A program made the position numbers and the translations under genes. A stretch of DNA of 63,891 bases, filler included, from Octopus bimaculoides (lineage: Eukaryota), in the NCBI RefSeq assembly GCF_001194135.2. It is 5 parts of 5 records of this genome, joined end to end, with 100 filler letters (N's around TTAATTAATTAA, not from the genome) between each part and the next. Parts side by side here need not be neighbours in the genome. Positions count along the whole stretch, not along the records: positions 27,739 to 51,835 come from NC_069006.1; 4 more parts are not named here. One strand, 5' to 3'. Positions 36,996-51,152 of the stretch are shown in pieces. The notes under the pieces were generated by a model. That model had not been told where the DNA came from and did no database searches. It was given only the letters and a program-made list of their open reading frames with translations. Each line of letters opens with the position of its first letter. Position 1 is the stretch's first letter.

Positions 36996-38261
36996 ATTTT
37001 ATATTTTATATCCATCATTTCATCAGCAAATGAAATCTAAATAAATGTTTAAAATGAAGAAAAATATGCATTTAACAATCCAACCCAAACCAGCATGGAA
37101 CATAGGTGTTAAATGGTGATGATGTTCATGTTTAGAAAATAATGTTTGATTGAATCTAGAAAAAAATAAAATCACAGGAAACAACAGTTACAGGAAACAA
37201 TATTTATGGAAAAAAATGTTACAGGTAAACTATTACAAATAACAAATTTAATGGATTTACTTCTAGGTTTGTTGTTTTACTTGCAATTTTATACTAAACA
37301 GGATTTTTTTTCTCATAGATCTAACATTTTTTTTTAATATAAATTATGTTATTATGTACAACTCGGTTAATAAGAAAATTAAATTATTATTTGTTTAATT
37401 ACTTTGTGGGTATTTTAATGAAGTGTTGACATTTTATTTCTGTGAACTTAAGAGTGTTGTAGTTCACTTGAAGCATTGTAATCCAGAAGTAGAAAAAATG
37501 AAACAGAAGGGAAATTAAGCTTCTAACAATGCAGAAAGTTTAACGAAAAAAAAACAAAAAAAGCCCTTTCCATTTCAGGCTCAAAGGTGTATCTATAGAA
37601 GGAATCAGTCCAAGAAATGTGTATTTCTTTGACTGCTTCTTTCTGAAGATAAACCATTGCATTCAAAATATAAAGTTTTCTTTATTTCTTATTTCTTTCA
37701 TTTTATATTTCTGTGAACTTTCTCAGCCTTTATTTCTGGCTATTTTTTTTTTATCAGTGATTTACGTAATTATTTAATCGTCATGGTAATTTTATTGCTG
37801 TTCACCATCCTTGTCATAATCCTCATCATCATTTAATATCCTTGTTCCATCACTGCATTCTGCTCCAGTGTCTGCTTTGACTTGGTTTCTACAGCTGGAT
37901 GCCCTCCAAATGACAACCCCTTAACAACATATATTGAGTGCTTTTTTCAAGTTACCAGCACTACAGAGGTTGCTATGCATCTTACAAGACTACATACCAA
38001 GGGGAAACAAGGATTGGCTTCATGCTAGGGCAATAGTTCCCAACCATTTTCTTTACCTAAGGACCCTTTTACTATTTTTTCTAGTGGACCCCCATGGCCA
38101 TTCAATGTTTTTTTTTTTTTTTGCAATAAATACATCTAAAGGTACTTATTCTATAGGTTTCTTTTGCCGAACTGCTAAGTTATGAGGACATAAACACACC
38201 AACACCAGTTGTCAAGCAGTGGTTTGGGACAAACATAGTCACAAAGAAACAAACACGCGTG

Positions 38262-38295
<34 letters not shown>

Positions 38296-38297
38296 CA

Positions 38298-38546
38298 CTG
38301 TTGTGTCTGGGGAGAGTCATTTTCTTTTTGTGCCTTATAATTTAACACACTCACCGGTAAAATTTCCACTTATTTTTATTTTTATTTTCCTAAAATTTTC
38401 GTTGCGTCTTGCAAGACAATTGAAAATGTTGCAAGGCGCAACGAAAATTTTAGGAAAATAAAAATAAGAAATAAGTGGAAATTTTACCAGTGAGTGTGTT
38501 AAATTATAAGGCACAATAAGAAAATGACTCTCCCCAGACAAAACAG
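38298..38546. mobile_element. Palindromic MITE (~250 bp, arms nearly perfect)
   Basis: ctgttgtgtctggggagagtcattttc...cgttgcgtcttgcaa / ttgcaaggcgcaacg...gaaaatgactctccccagacaaaacag. Confidence 0.9.
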
Positions 38547-38603
38547 AATATGCTTCAACACACAAACTCATATAAAGAATCTTGCAAACCAAATCCAAAA
38601 ACG

Positions 38604-38669
<66 letters not shown>

Positions 38670-38928
38670 GTATGACAGGTTTTTTTCAGTTTCCATTTAT
38701 CAAATCCACTAACAAGGCTTTGGTCAGCCCGAGGCTATAGTAGAAGACACTTGCCCAAGGTGCCACGCAGTGGGAATGAACCCGGAACTGTGTGGTTGGG
38801 AAGCAAACGTTTTAACACCTGCTCCTATAATCACAGATGCTATGAAATGGTTACTATTATCAATGTTGCTGACGGCATAAGAATTTTTTAAAACCTTGAG
38901 AGACAATTATCTCTGCTTATGCCCCACA

Positions 38929-40715
38929 AGTGGGCCTACCAAATGATAAGAAGGACCATTCTTATGACACCCTTCTACAGGTTACCTCAAAGACGAGTGG
39001 CAATGAGCTCATCTTTGTGGCTGTAGATTTAATGGGCATGTTGGGTGGCAATCCGGTATCTTCACTGGTATACACAGGGGCCATGGTATTGGTTCCCGAA
39101 ACAATGATGGAATTGGAGGTTACTGGAGTTCTGTGATGCGTGTAACCTTTTAATCTGCAACACTAACTTCAAGAAACCAGACAGCCACCTGATAAACTAT
39201 CAATCAGGTGACTCTACTAGCCAGATTGATTTCATCCTCACCAGACAGCAGGATGCAGGGTTGCTCTTAAATACAAAGACCCTCCCGGGTGAAGAATGTA
39301 CCCCACCCTCCAAGCATAGACTAGTCATTAGTGACTTTAGACTCGAGGCCAGAAGGATGCCAAAAAAGTAGACCAATCCAGAAAAGAAGGATTTGAAAGC
39401 TAAAGAACCCTTCATAATGTCAGAGATTTAGGGACATCCGCATGAAGAAATTTGATGAGAGGGAGGAGGAGTTACAGACCTCGGACATAGAAGGTAGCTT
39501 ACTGAGTGCCACAGACCAAGTCTGCAGATGGTGCAAAGCCCCTTCCAAACATAGAATAATGTGGTAGTGGAATAATATGGTAGACAAAACCATTAGAGCA
39601 AAGAAACAGACCTGGAAAGTCTGGAAAGATGGGGGTAGCAGGGAAATGTACCAGATAGCCAAGGGCGAAGCAGAAAAGAAGTTTGCCAATGTCCAGCAAC
39701 GTAAGGACCAAAGAACTGAATTTTTTCTGATTGCAAGACCGTGTATGAGAGAAAATTGTGCTGTCACAGGAGAGAAATGTGTTAACATAGATGATGGTGC
39801 ACTTGCTTTTAATGATTCGGAAAAGAAAGAGGTTTGGAGAAGCCATTATGAAAGACTGCTGAATGTGGAAAATGAATGGGAGGAGGAGAGCCTGCCAAAT
39901 GTTGACCCAGTAGAGGGACCAGCTATCCGAATAGTCAGCAGCCTGGTAGATAAAGCAATTAAGGGTATGAAGCCAGGAAAAGCACCTGGCCCATCAGGAA
40001 TCACTGCTGAGATGCTTAAAACATCTGGTGGTGTGGGTTTTGGCCTAGTCACCCATATTGTAAACCAGGTAGTTCGTGATGGAGTCATACTCAATGACTG
40101 GCGTCGCAGCACCATAGTCAACTGCTGCAAGGGTAAAGGTGATGCTTTAGATAGAAATAACTACAGGTGTATCAAACTGCTGGATCAGTTGGTGAAGGTC
40201 AGAGATGGTCATAGCCCAACTAATTAGGGAGTGAGTCAGTTTAGATGAGATGCAGCTTGGGTTTATGCCAGAGAGAAGCACCACTGATGCTATATTCCTG
40301 GTATGGCAACTGCAGGAGAAATACCTAGCCAAAGATAAACTACTATACTTGGCTTTTCTGGACTTGGAGAAAGCCTTTGACAGGGTCACCCAATCCCTTA
40401 TCTAGTGGGCAATGCAGAAACTGGGGATTGACAAAGGGTTAATAAGGGCTGTAGAGGCCCTATACAGAGATGCCATTAGTAAGGTTAGGGTTGGCAATGA
40501 GTATAGTGAAGAATTCTGGGTAGAAGTAGGGGTCCACCAAGGATTAGCCCTCAGCCCCTTTTTATTCATCATAGTCATCCAGGCAATAACAGAGGAATTC
40601 AAGACAGGTTGCCCCTGGGAGCTCCTCTATGCTGATGACCTGGCCCTCATAGCAGAATCACTACCAGAACTAGAGAATAAATTTCAGGTGTGGAAGCAAG
40701 GTTTAGAATTGAAGG
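38929..40715 (+). mobile_element. RTE-clade LINE fragment (APE endonuclease end plus RT core)
   Basis: DFNGHVG; LEFCDACNL.ICNTNFKKP; SQIDFILTR; GKAPGPSG; KGKGDALDRNNYRCIKLL; AFLDLEKAFDRV; GVHQGLALSPFLF; LLYADDLALIAES. Confidence 0.93.
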
Positions 40716-41025
40716 GCTACACTTATTCATACTGTCAGCTGTTTGAACCATTTCAAACAGTTGAGCTAACTGAGATAATTTAAAAGATCCCTATTATGCC
40801 AGACATTTTGCTAATATAAAACTACATACATGTGAGTGTGTGTAGGTATGTATATATAACCTCTGTGTATGTGTATGCAAATACATATAAAAAAAATACA
40901 CACACACTTCTATGCGTGTGTGTATACATATATGTATGTCTGACCCCTCTGTATGCCATTCACCATGATAGATTGCTAGTCACTATACCTTTTTCTGTTC
41001 TCTCTCCCTCTTTATTTCTATGTTC

Positions 41026-41061
41026 CTTTCTGTTGAAGAGCGTAGGCTTGAAACGTAAAAG
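41026..41061 (+). ncRNA. Minimal hammerhead-like motif with CUGUUGA core variant, in PLE terminal repeat (40950-41450; related copy 46581-46690)
   Basis: CTTT-CTGTTGA-A-GAGC GTAG GCTT-GAAA-CGTA-AAAG: 4-bp stem I, palindromic ACGT stem III, GUA triplet; A6 replaced by U. Confidence 0.5.
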
Positions 41062-41598
41062 ACTTTCTCNNNNNNNNNNNNNNNNNNNNNNNNNNNNNNN
41101 NNNNNNNNNNNNNNNNNNNNNNNNNNNNNNNNNNNNNNNNNNNNNNNNNNNNNNNNNNNNNNNNNNNNNNNNNNNNNNNNNNNNNNNNNNNNNNNNNNNN
41201 NNNNNNNNNNNNNNNNNNNNNNNNNNNNNNNNNNNNNNNNNNNNNNNNNNNNNNNNNNNNNNNNNNNNNNNNNNNNNNNNNNNNNNNNNNNNNNNNNNNN
41301 NNNNNNNNNNNNNNNNNNNNNNNNNNNNNNNNNNNNNNNNNNNNNNNNNNNNNNTCACCTTCCTGAGCATTAAACTAATACACCTGTTTGTTGTTTATAC
41401 ATCTATCTTCATCTTTTGTTTTTCTGTAAATTCCAACTATATATATATAATCCAAGAGAGTTAGGGGTTGTGAGTGTGTCATATGGGTTTGTATATTGTC
41501 TTTATTGTCCTTTTGGTTGAAAAATAAACAGGTTAATTAACATAATACAGTGTCTGCAAGTTGATGAGTACCGCATATTCCCCTCCATTTTCTTATTG

Positions 41599-41642
<44 letters not shown>

Positions 41643-41649
41643 GATATAA

Positions 41650-42030
41650 TGGCATGTAAAAAGCACCATTTGAGCGTGGTCGATGCCAGTGCCAGCTGAC
41701 TGGTCCTTTGTCAATGGCACGTAAAAAGCACCATTTGAGTGTGATCATTGCCAGTTCCACCTGACTTGCTCATGTGCCGGTGGCACATAAAAAGCACCAT
41801 TCAATCGTGGCTGATGCAAGTACTACCTGACTGGCCCTCATGCCGGTGGCACGTAAAAAGCACCCACTACACTCTTGGTGTTAGGAAGGGCATCCAGCTG
41901 TAGAAACATTGCCAGATTGAATTGGAGCCTGGTGCAGCCTTCTGGCTCGCCAGCCCTCAGTCAAACCATCCAACCCATACCAGCATGGAAAGCGGACGTT
42001 AAACGACGATCATGATGATGATGATGATGA
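41650..42030 (+). mobile_element. RTE-tail-type SINE family C with four 65-66 bp tandem units (other pieces ~29610-29720, 30680-30810, 35460-35660)
   Basis: tggcacgtaaaaagcacc at 41650, 41715, 41781 and 41847; tail ttaggaagggcatccagctgtagaaac...aacccat..cagcatggaaagcggacgttaaacga(tga)n. Confidence 0.8.
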
Positions 42031-42233
42031 TTGTATACCAATGAAGCATAATGTTCTCATGGGTTGGCAACAGAAAGATATTCATGTCACAAAAGAACTT
42101 CATGAAAACACAAATACACTCAGAAAGAAAAATGACAAAAGTCCACATAAAATGTACACAATAGAATTTGAACACCCCAGATAAACTGACACATTACAAA
42201 AAAATGTATGCAGAAAATACTTTTGTCAGTATA

Positions 42234-42295
<62 letters not shown>

Positions 42296-42310
42296 ATACA
42301 CACACACACA

Positions 42311-43524
42311 CTGCGGGTGGTGAATACATTGTAATCTAAATTAAACAAAAATGAAAATAACACTTATATCTCATTTTAACAGATATATTTACCAAAATTA
42401 CATGAAACTATCTTGAAATACTGAAGAGTAAATTTATTCAATAAAATCGCCATTGGCTTCAAACATGGCCTCCAGATGACATCGGAATCTCCTGCAACTC
42501 TTCTGGACGGTCTCCTTGTTTAAGTCGGTGTACCATAATCCTTGCCTTTAGTTCATCTTTACTGTTACAAGGAGTTTTGTTCGTTTCTCGCTAAATTGTG
42601 CTCCACACAAAATAATCAAGGGGGTTGCAATCTGGGGAGTTGGGTGGCCAGATGTTAGGGGTGGATGTGGTTGCAGAAATTGTCAGACAGCCATGACTGG
42701 GTTCTCCTGCTTGTGCGGCATGGTGCAGAGTCCTGTTGACAGACATAGGGCCTTCCAACAGCCACCCTCTTGACCCAGGACAGCACTACCTCCTCCAGGC
42801 ACTTAATGTAGGCCTCTGTGTTGAGTCTGAGGTTGTGTGGGAAGATGGCGGCATAACGTCACCATCACTAGTGATTAGTCCAAACACCATGATGTTGCCT
42901 GGATGTTTGATTTTTTATCACTCTCGGTACATGTATTGGGGACATGGCAAGCCAACGGTTTTTCTGTGCGTTTACCATCTGATCCTGGCAGAAGTTTTTC
43001 AAAAGCTTCATAGTGCATTCTTTCCTCTTGTCCTTGATGGCTTGGGATAAAAATTGGCTTTTTCTCATCTTAAATGAGGAACACCAAATGTGTTGATGCA
43101 CTACCTGCCTGATAAGAAACTCAGACACTCCCATGTTCCTGATGATGGACCTGATTGACTTCGAGGGATCACTGTCAATCATGGCCTGGATCTCAAGAAC
43201 AAACTGAAGAGTTCCTCCTTTATCAGAACGAGCAGAGTCAGGTTTCCGAGCTGCTGTACCTTTGTAGTTACCATTAGACTCATCCAAGTCTTTCTGAATT
43301 CTCTGGACTGTCCTCAGATTGACACCCAAACACTCTGAAATATTCATATTTGAGCTTCTGGCATTAATGCGAAGCAGTTCAGGATGTCATTTCCAAATTT
43401 CTGGCAGAGTGAATTGCATCATTTGTGCTGTTTTTCTCACAGGTGGTAGGCGACAAAAACAAAATGTACATGCACAAAATTAAAAATATAAAAAATGGCA
43501 ATCATTTACACATCACACCCTGTA
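42311..43524 (-). mobile_element. Near full-length DD37D (maT-like) Tc1/mariner relic
   Basis: MNISECLGVNLRTVQRI; QQDSAPC...WPPNSPDCNPLDY with 37 residues between the two Asp (one frameshift); TIR-like ends. Confidence 0.85.
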
Positions 43525-44094
43525 TGTATATATATACATATATATATGTATGTATATATATACATATATANNNNNNNNNNNNNNNNNNNNNNNNNNNNNN
43601 NNNNNNNNNNNNNNNNNNNNNNNNNNNNNNNNNNNNNNNNNNNNNNNNNNNNNNNNNNNNNNNNNNNNNNATATATATATATATATGAGGGGGTGCATTC
43701 ACCCTATCACCAATTCAACTTGGATTTCAGTTTGATATCTATTGTACAAAAGAATGCACACATTCTCTGTGTGTGTATGTATGTATGTATATATTTTATT
43801 AAGTTTTGGTATAAGTAACTCAAGGGTTGAAAGTTTCGTGCATTAGCTTGCACATAAAAGTTTTGGCCTTTCGTTCAGTTTGTTACTTCTGCCAAATAAT
43901 GGTTTCAAATTTTGGCACGAGGCCAGCAACTTTGGGGGAGAGGGAGTAAGCCAATGAAAGGCAAAGTCAACCGCTGTAGAATCTGGACTCAGAACATGAA
44001 GACAGGAAATACTGCGAAGCTTTTTGCCCAATATATTAACAATTCTGCCAGCTCACCACCTTCCTTCTGCCATATATTAATAAATAGATATATA

Positions 44095-44445
44095 TAGGTG
44101 CAGGACGGCTGTGTGGTAAGAAGCTTGCTTTCCAGCCACATGGTTCTGGGTTCAGTGGGACTGAACCCAGAAGCCAAGTGTCTTCTACTATAGCCTTGGG
44201 CCGACCAAAGCCTTGTGAGTGGATTAGGTAGACGGAAACTGAAAGAGGCCCATCATATGTGTGTGTGTGTACGTTTGTGTGTCTGTGTTTGTCCCCCACC
44301 CAACATCACTTGACAACCAATGCTGGTGTCTTTACATCCCTGTAACTTAGCGGTTCGGCAAAAGAGGCCAATAGAATAAGCACTAGGCTAACAAAGAATA
44401 AGTCCTGGGGTTGATTTCCAAGGCTAAAGACAGTGCTCCAGCATG
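44095..44445 (+). mobile_element. SINE family A, rearranged copy
   Basis: ggctgtgtggtaagaagcttgctt...gccttgggccgaccaaagccttgtgagtggatt...gcggttcggcaaaagagg..aatagaataag. Confidence 0.85.
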
Positions 44446-44590
44446 AGGGAACTATACTCTAAGAAACTTTTGGAGAAAATTACCTCTAATATGTGGCAAT
44501 TATTCGGTAGCCATGATTATTTACAGATAAATTCCTCTATTTACATAATATCGAGGGCTCTTTCTTTCTTTTGTAGTCTTACCTTTTCTA

Positions 44591-44629
<39 letters not shown>

Positions 44630-46524
44630 NNNNNNNNNNNNNNNNNNNNNNNNNNNNNNNNNNNNNNNNNNNNNNNNNNNNNNNNNNNNNNNNNNNNNNN
44701 NNNNNNNNNNNNNNNNNNNNNNNNNNNNNNNNNNNNNNNNNNNNNNNNNNNNNNNNNNNNNNNNNNNNNNNNNNNNNNNNNNNNNNNNNNNNNNNNNNNN
44801 NNNNNNNNNNNNNNNNNNNNNNNNNNNNNNNNNNNNNNNNNNNNNNNNNNNNNNNNNNNNNNNNNNNNNNNNNNNNNNNNNNNNNNNNNNNNNNNNNNNN
44901 NNNNNNNNNNNNNNNNNNNNNNNNNNNNNNNNNNNNNNNNNNNNNNNNNNNNNNNNNNNNNNNNNNNNNNNNNNNNNNNNNNNNNNNNNNNNNNNNNNNN
45001 NNNNNNNNNNNNNNNNNNNNNNNNNNNNNNNNNNNNNNNNNNNNNNNNNNNNNNNNNNNNNNNNNNNNNNNNNNNNNNNNNNNNNNNNNNNNNNNNNNNN
45101 NNNNNNNNNNNNNNNNNNNNNNNNNNNNNNNNNNNNNNNNNNNNNNNNNNNNNNNNNNNNNNNNNNNNNNNNNNNNNNNNNNNNNNNNNNNNNNNNNNNN
45201 NNNNNNNNNNNNNNNNNNNNNNNNNNNNNNNNNNNNNNNNNNNNNNNNNNNNNNNNNNNATATATATATATATATAATTATGTGTATTTCTTCTATCTTA
45301 ATGAATAAGAATTCTTCTGATAGAATAAATGGGTTAATAGAAACCAATGTAGCAAAGAACACAAAATAACTGTGGTTAGCTCCTGTTTTTAAGGCAGGAA
45401 CTCCTTGAAAGTTTGGGTATTTGAATATATTTAAGAATTTAAGGATTGGAGAAAACGCATGTTATGTGATGTACGTATGTATGTATTTAAGTGTGTGTGT
45501 GTTCCCCACCCCATTGCTTGATAACCGATGCTTGTGTGATTACGACCCCGTAACAGTCGTTCTGCAAAAGAACTGATAGAATAAGCACCAGGCTTACAAA
45601 GAATAAGTCCAGGGGGTGATTTCTTCGACTGAAAGGTGGTGCTCCAGTATGGCCACAGTCAAATGACAAACAAGTAAAAAAATAAAAACATATATATATA
45701 TGGTGGGGGGGCGGTGAGTTTATGTCTGTCCACCACCACTGCTTGTTAACAGGTGTTGGCTTGTTAAGTAGCGGTTCGGCAGACGGTACCGATAGAATAG
45801 AGTACCAAACTTTAAAAACTGAAAAACGAATATTGGAGCGATTCGTTCGACTAAACCCTTCAAAGGCGGTGCCCCAGGATGGTTGCAATCCAATGACAGA
45901 AATAAGCAAAAGACATGCATTAAATACACACACACACACACACACACAAAATGAAATCCGTTCTCTTATCTATGGAATATAATTAAGCCACCTTATGTTA
46001 TATCGCGACACATATTTTAAATTGATAACATACTGGTTTCGTTACATGTTACTGAATATGAACACAGCATTTTTCTAATCAAAAGGCGCGTTTGTATGCA
46101 TGTATGTATATACACATATAAATATATTTGTATATGTGTGTGATATGCACATATAAATATATTTGTATATATGCGTGTACCTATATTATATATATAGCAT
46201 ATGTGATCTGACACTGGGCGGTATAAGTACTCAATACTGTTAGGTAGAGTGGAACAATATTATTCAAAGGTAACTCGAAATTTCTCATCATAAACATATC
46301 GGGCTCATAAAAAGAGCATCTACCTAACATTACACACACACACCTGAAAAGTATACAACCCTCGTTATACGTTTTATGTGTGGTCACTACCTGGTACTTC
46401 GAACTTCATGTATTATGCACAAGATATGTCTGCTAAAATACTACGTTAAGACTTTAAATGCATCAAATGACATTTTGTTTCTTGAAATAAATATTTAAAA
46501 ACTGATGAGGGGAGGGGTTTATTT

Positions 46525-46580
<56 letters not shown>

Positions 46581-46581
<1 letters not shown>

Positions 46582-46690
46582 CGTCAAAGACTTTCCGTAT
46601 TCCCGAGCGTCATACTAATAATTACTTTTGTTATTTACACCACCTGTCCTCGTCTGTTGTTATTTTTTGTATATTCTCCCATATATATAT
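46581..46690 (+). repeat. PLE terminal-repeat remnant that starts at the hammerhead cleavage region
   Basis: acgtcaaagactttccgtattcccgagcgtcatactaat..., homologous to 41053-41070 and 41355-41450. Confidence 0.55.
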
Positions 46691-48475
46691 ATAACGGTGG
46701 TAAGCCCCTTTTTAGAATCATCGCTCAATTCTAACAAACAAAAAAGTGAAATTTTAGTTACGTAGAAAGAATGAGGGGCGATTATGAAAATCCAGGAAGG
46801 AGTTATATAAATATACATACAGACACATATGTGTGTGTAGTTGCATGATTTTCATGTAATACTCCATATATTTTCTAGTTTGCAACTCTAAAGGAAAAAA
46901 GTGGGTAAGACCAGTGTGTATGGCAATTTAAGACGACATCCAAACACATTCGAGCCTCTCCTAGGGTTAAATAGGGTGGAACCGTTTCGAGTGCACTGAC
47001 CCCATTTCTGTTAACAAACCTCTTATGTAGTCCTTTAACAAGTTAGAACTAGCAACTAAATCTCCCTCAAAACCCAGCTTGTCAATGGATGCACAAAAAT
47101 AGACGAGAGAGTCACGACTGGAGTGATGTCTTCAATCATAGATCTTAAAAGAATAGAAACTAAACAACAGTATATCGATGGAGGGGTGGAAGGGATTAAA
47201 TGGGAGAGTCTATTGTAGTTTGCCTTATTCAATTTCTTTCACAGTTAAGCGCCAGACTAAATATTTCCCCATTTAAGCAGTGGTGCATTTTGTGATTTTT
47301 TTTAATTTGTCATTCGGATCTAATTAAATACCTGTAATATACAGGTACGGAACAATGTCAGCAGTCTACGACTACCTCGATTTAGTAGTCTTTATCCGTA
47401 CAACTACTGTTTAAAAAAAAGCCTTGTACATGTAATCAAAAGGAGAGAGAGAGAGAGAGAGAGCCTTTACTTGTTTCAGTCATTGGACTGCAGCCATGCT
47501 GGAGGGGGGGGGGCACTGCCTTGAAGTGCCCCAGCATGTCGAGATGAAGTGATCCCATATGTATAACTATGCCTTAATAAAGACTGTACGGCCACGAATG
47601 GAACGCCACGCCATTATAGAAAAATAAGGAACAAGAAATAGATTAAGTAGACCCACTTAGACAGTGTCTTATAGAAAAATAAGGAACGACATGCTAGATT
47701 AAGTAGACACAATTAGACAGTCTAATACATTAAGACAACGGTCACGGGTGGAACGTCACTGTAGAACAAGGAATGGACAAGACATTAGATAGAATAAACC
47801 TTATACTGTAAGATGTTGAACAAAAGATGGGATGGTCATGGGTAGAAGAACATTAATCATAGAAAGCAATACGTGGTCCCAAGTCCCATATGTATTGCAC
47901 ATACGACTGACTAAAACGATGGGATGGTCACAGCCAGGACACAGATGATCCTGGGTCTGTCTGTTCGTCGATCAGGGAGTTTAGCAAGAAATAACAAATC
48001 GGCCTTACACTTAGTTCGACGCACAACCCCGTCCTCGTTTACCACTCTACCACCCCCCAACAAACCAAATATCCAATATTTATTGATGGTTCGTTATTAT
48101 TATTTTCGCTATAAATCAATTAACTGAAGAGACAGATGAAAAAGACAACAAGTAATCCGTTATACATACATACATACATAACTGTGCATACGTGTATTAT
48201 ACGTATATATTCATGTATGTATATCAAATCTAATCGTCCTTATCTGCACCACCATATATATATATATATATGTTACAGGCACATTTTATCAAGACAAGTA
48301 CTCTACAGGGTACATCACGACTGATATGACTGAGGTATTTTTCACCCAAATGTTCAACAAATGTTTTGTGTATAAATTTATTATTTTGCGGCTTCGACAT
48401 AAAAATCTTTTAGAAAGTAAAAATAAGAACGAAAAGGAAAGAGTCGACATCTGATACAAGACACGCAATATATAC

Positions 48476-48541
<66 letters not shown>

Positions 48542-48682
48542 TGATGAGTAACAAGCGACTTACATAGATATTTAGACGTATGAGAGATGCTCGCTGATAA
48601 ATGCAGTCTACCATAATAGTGTCTATTGCCCGACGAAACCTTAAGATCCGGTTATGTTATCATATTTTCTTTCAGATGACAG

Positions 48683-48725
<43 letters not shown>

Positions 48726-50294
48726 CACACAGAGAGAGACAATTATACAACTATATTCATACATACACACACATATATACACACGTATACCTTGCATACA
48801 TTCACACACGTACATACATATGCATACATACATACATACATACACTCATACATACATATACACACACATATATATACGTACATATACATACACGCACCTT
48901 CACGCTCCCATTCTTCCATAATGTACATAATGAGCGGAAAATAATACAAACATACATGCAAAAAAAAAAAAAGAGGGGGGAAGGAAAACACAAACATGAA
49001 AAAAAAAATTATTCAAATAAAATAAAAGCACAGAAGCAGAACCGGAGATTGCAGGGCAATAGAAAAAAAAAAGGAAAACCCAAATAATTTTAACTATTTT
49101 TAAAGTGTGAAGTGAAGCAAATATTAACATAAAAAAAGTAGTAGCAATTATAGTAATATACTAACAGTAGTAGTAAAGTCAGATTGTTAGTGAACATTTA
49201 TTATGCAATAATAATAATAATAATAATCCTTTCTGTTAAAGGCACAACGCCTGAAATTCGGAGGAGGAGAGGGTAAAAATTAATAAAAAGAAAATGAGAG
49301 AGAGGGAGAAAGAATGAGAAATGAAGAATGAGAGAGAGAGAGACGAAACCCTCTCACCCACAAAAAGAAAATATAATAATAATGACAGGAAATTAAAGAG
49401 ACTTGCAGTGGCGTGTATTGGTGTGACAGACAGCAGGATCGAGTCAAAATAACAACGAAATTGCTCAGAAAATAGGGGGGAGGCGGTTAAAAAAAAATTA
49501 AATGATGATGATGATGATGATAATTGCTTCTAAAACATGAATAATAACATTATTACTATCATGTGCTTTTTCAAGGGGGTATTTTTCAAATGTATTTGGC
49601 GGATTTTTCCCGTCTTTCTTGCATTTCTTAACCACAGCTTCCCTCACACCTCTCTTCGACCAGGCAACAAAAATTTCGGGGAGATGAAATAATGTTAATT
49701 GACCAATACTGGAAAATTAGTAACACGAGATTCTTCTTCCTGTCAAAAAGTATCGGGGTGAAAAAAAAAGCGGCCTATAAAATATAGAAGGATTATTATT
49801 AATATTAGTATACCATATCGAATAAACCGTACGTATATACATCTATATATATACATACTCTCTGGATATTTTATGGATTTTCAGATAATCGGAGTGATAG
49901 CAATGAAAAAGCTTCTCTCTTTTCAATTTTCTTATAGCCGATAGCGCTTCATATGGTAAACACCAGACCAAATTCAACACTTCTGTGGCATAAAGTGAGA
50001 AGAAGTAGGGCAGAGCTGACGACACTTTTCAGGGATTCCTAAACTGTTGGGTGGGAAAGGTTAGGCCCCGAACCCTAGCAACAAAATTCTAATTCACTTA
50101 AAAACATCCAGGACCGACCAGGTGATGGTATGTTGGTGCTAAACCGGACAGCAGACAAAAATCCACCAACTAAAAACATATATGGTCCCTAAGACAACAG
50201 GCTTCCCGCAGATCATCTCACAAGACTTTTGGGTCGAGTGAAGGCTTTGTAAAAAGACACTTTGCCTCCACATACTTATATAGATGCATGTATA

Positions 50295-50332
<38 letters not shown>

Positions 50333-50980
50333 GTATATGCATGTGTTAGCTGTATATAATTAGAGTCAAATGGATGTTGACGGGTTGATGAATATGTAGA
50401 TATGTTAATAGAGGTTGGCAACAGCAAGGAAAGAATTGAAAGTTATTAAAGACATATTCTTCATGCTATCTTTCTTTCCCAAGCTCGGTATCCCCACCCC
50501 CTACATCAAGGCAATTATCACGTTCTGGAACAGTCTGGTAGTCAACCTTTCTTAGTGTCGTTATGTAAATATATTAATTATCAACGATGGATTAACAAGA
50601 CAATACATACACACACACACACACATATATATTATATATATATATATATACACCCTAATATTATATATACATATATAATACACACACATATATGTAGATA
50701 GCTATACATACATACAAAGAAGTCTAGGTACACATATATGTACTCGTATATACATACACAGGGTAATATATAACTTCAGACATTCATATATACATACAAA
50801 TTATATATTTAATACAGTGTACATCAAATGATATATATATATATATATATATATATTACACACACATACGTTATATATGACAAGGGATGCTATCTATATA
50901 CATACATATAGTCATAAATACACGCAAATATTCATATACATGCATATATATATATACATACATACATACATACAGAAGAA

Positions 50981-51036
<56 letters not shown>

Positions 51037-51105
51037 NNNNNNNNNNTTAAGTCCTGTCGTGGATACAAAATACAAAAACATATACACACTCATATATGCA
51101 TATAC

Positions 51106-51152
<47 letters not shown>

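Noticed and set aside
41650-41870. CRISPR-like array (18-bp repeat every 65-66 bp)
   Set aside because: The spacers resemble each other, the array runs into a known-type SINE tail, and the context is eukaryotic with no cas genes.
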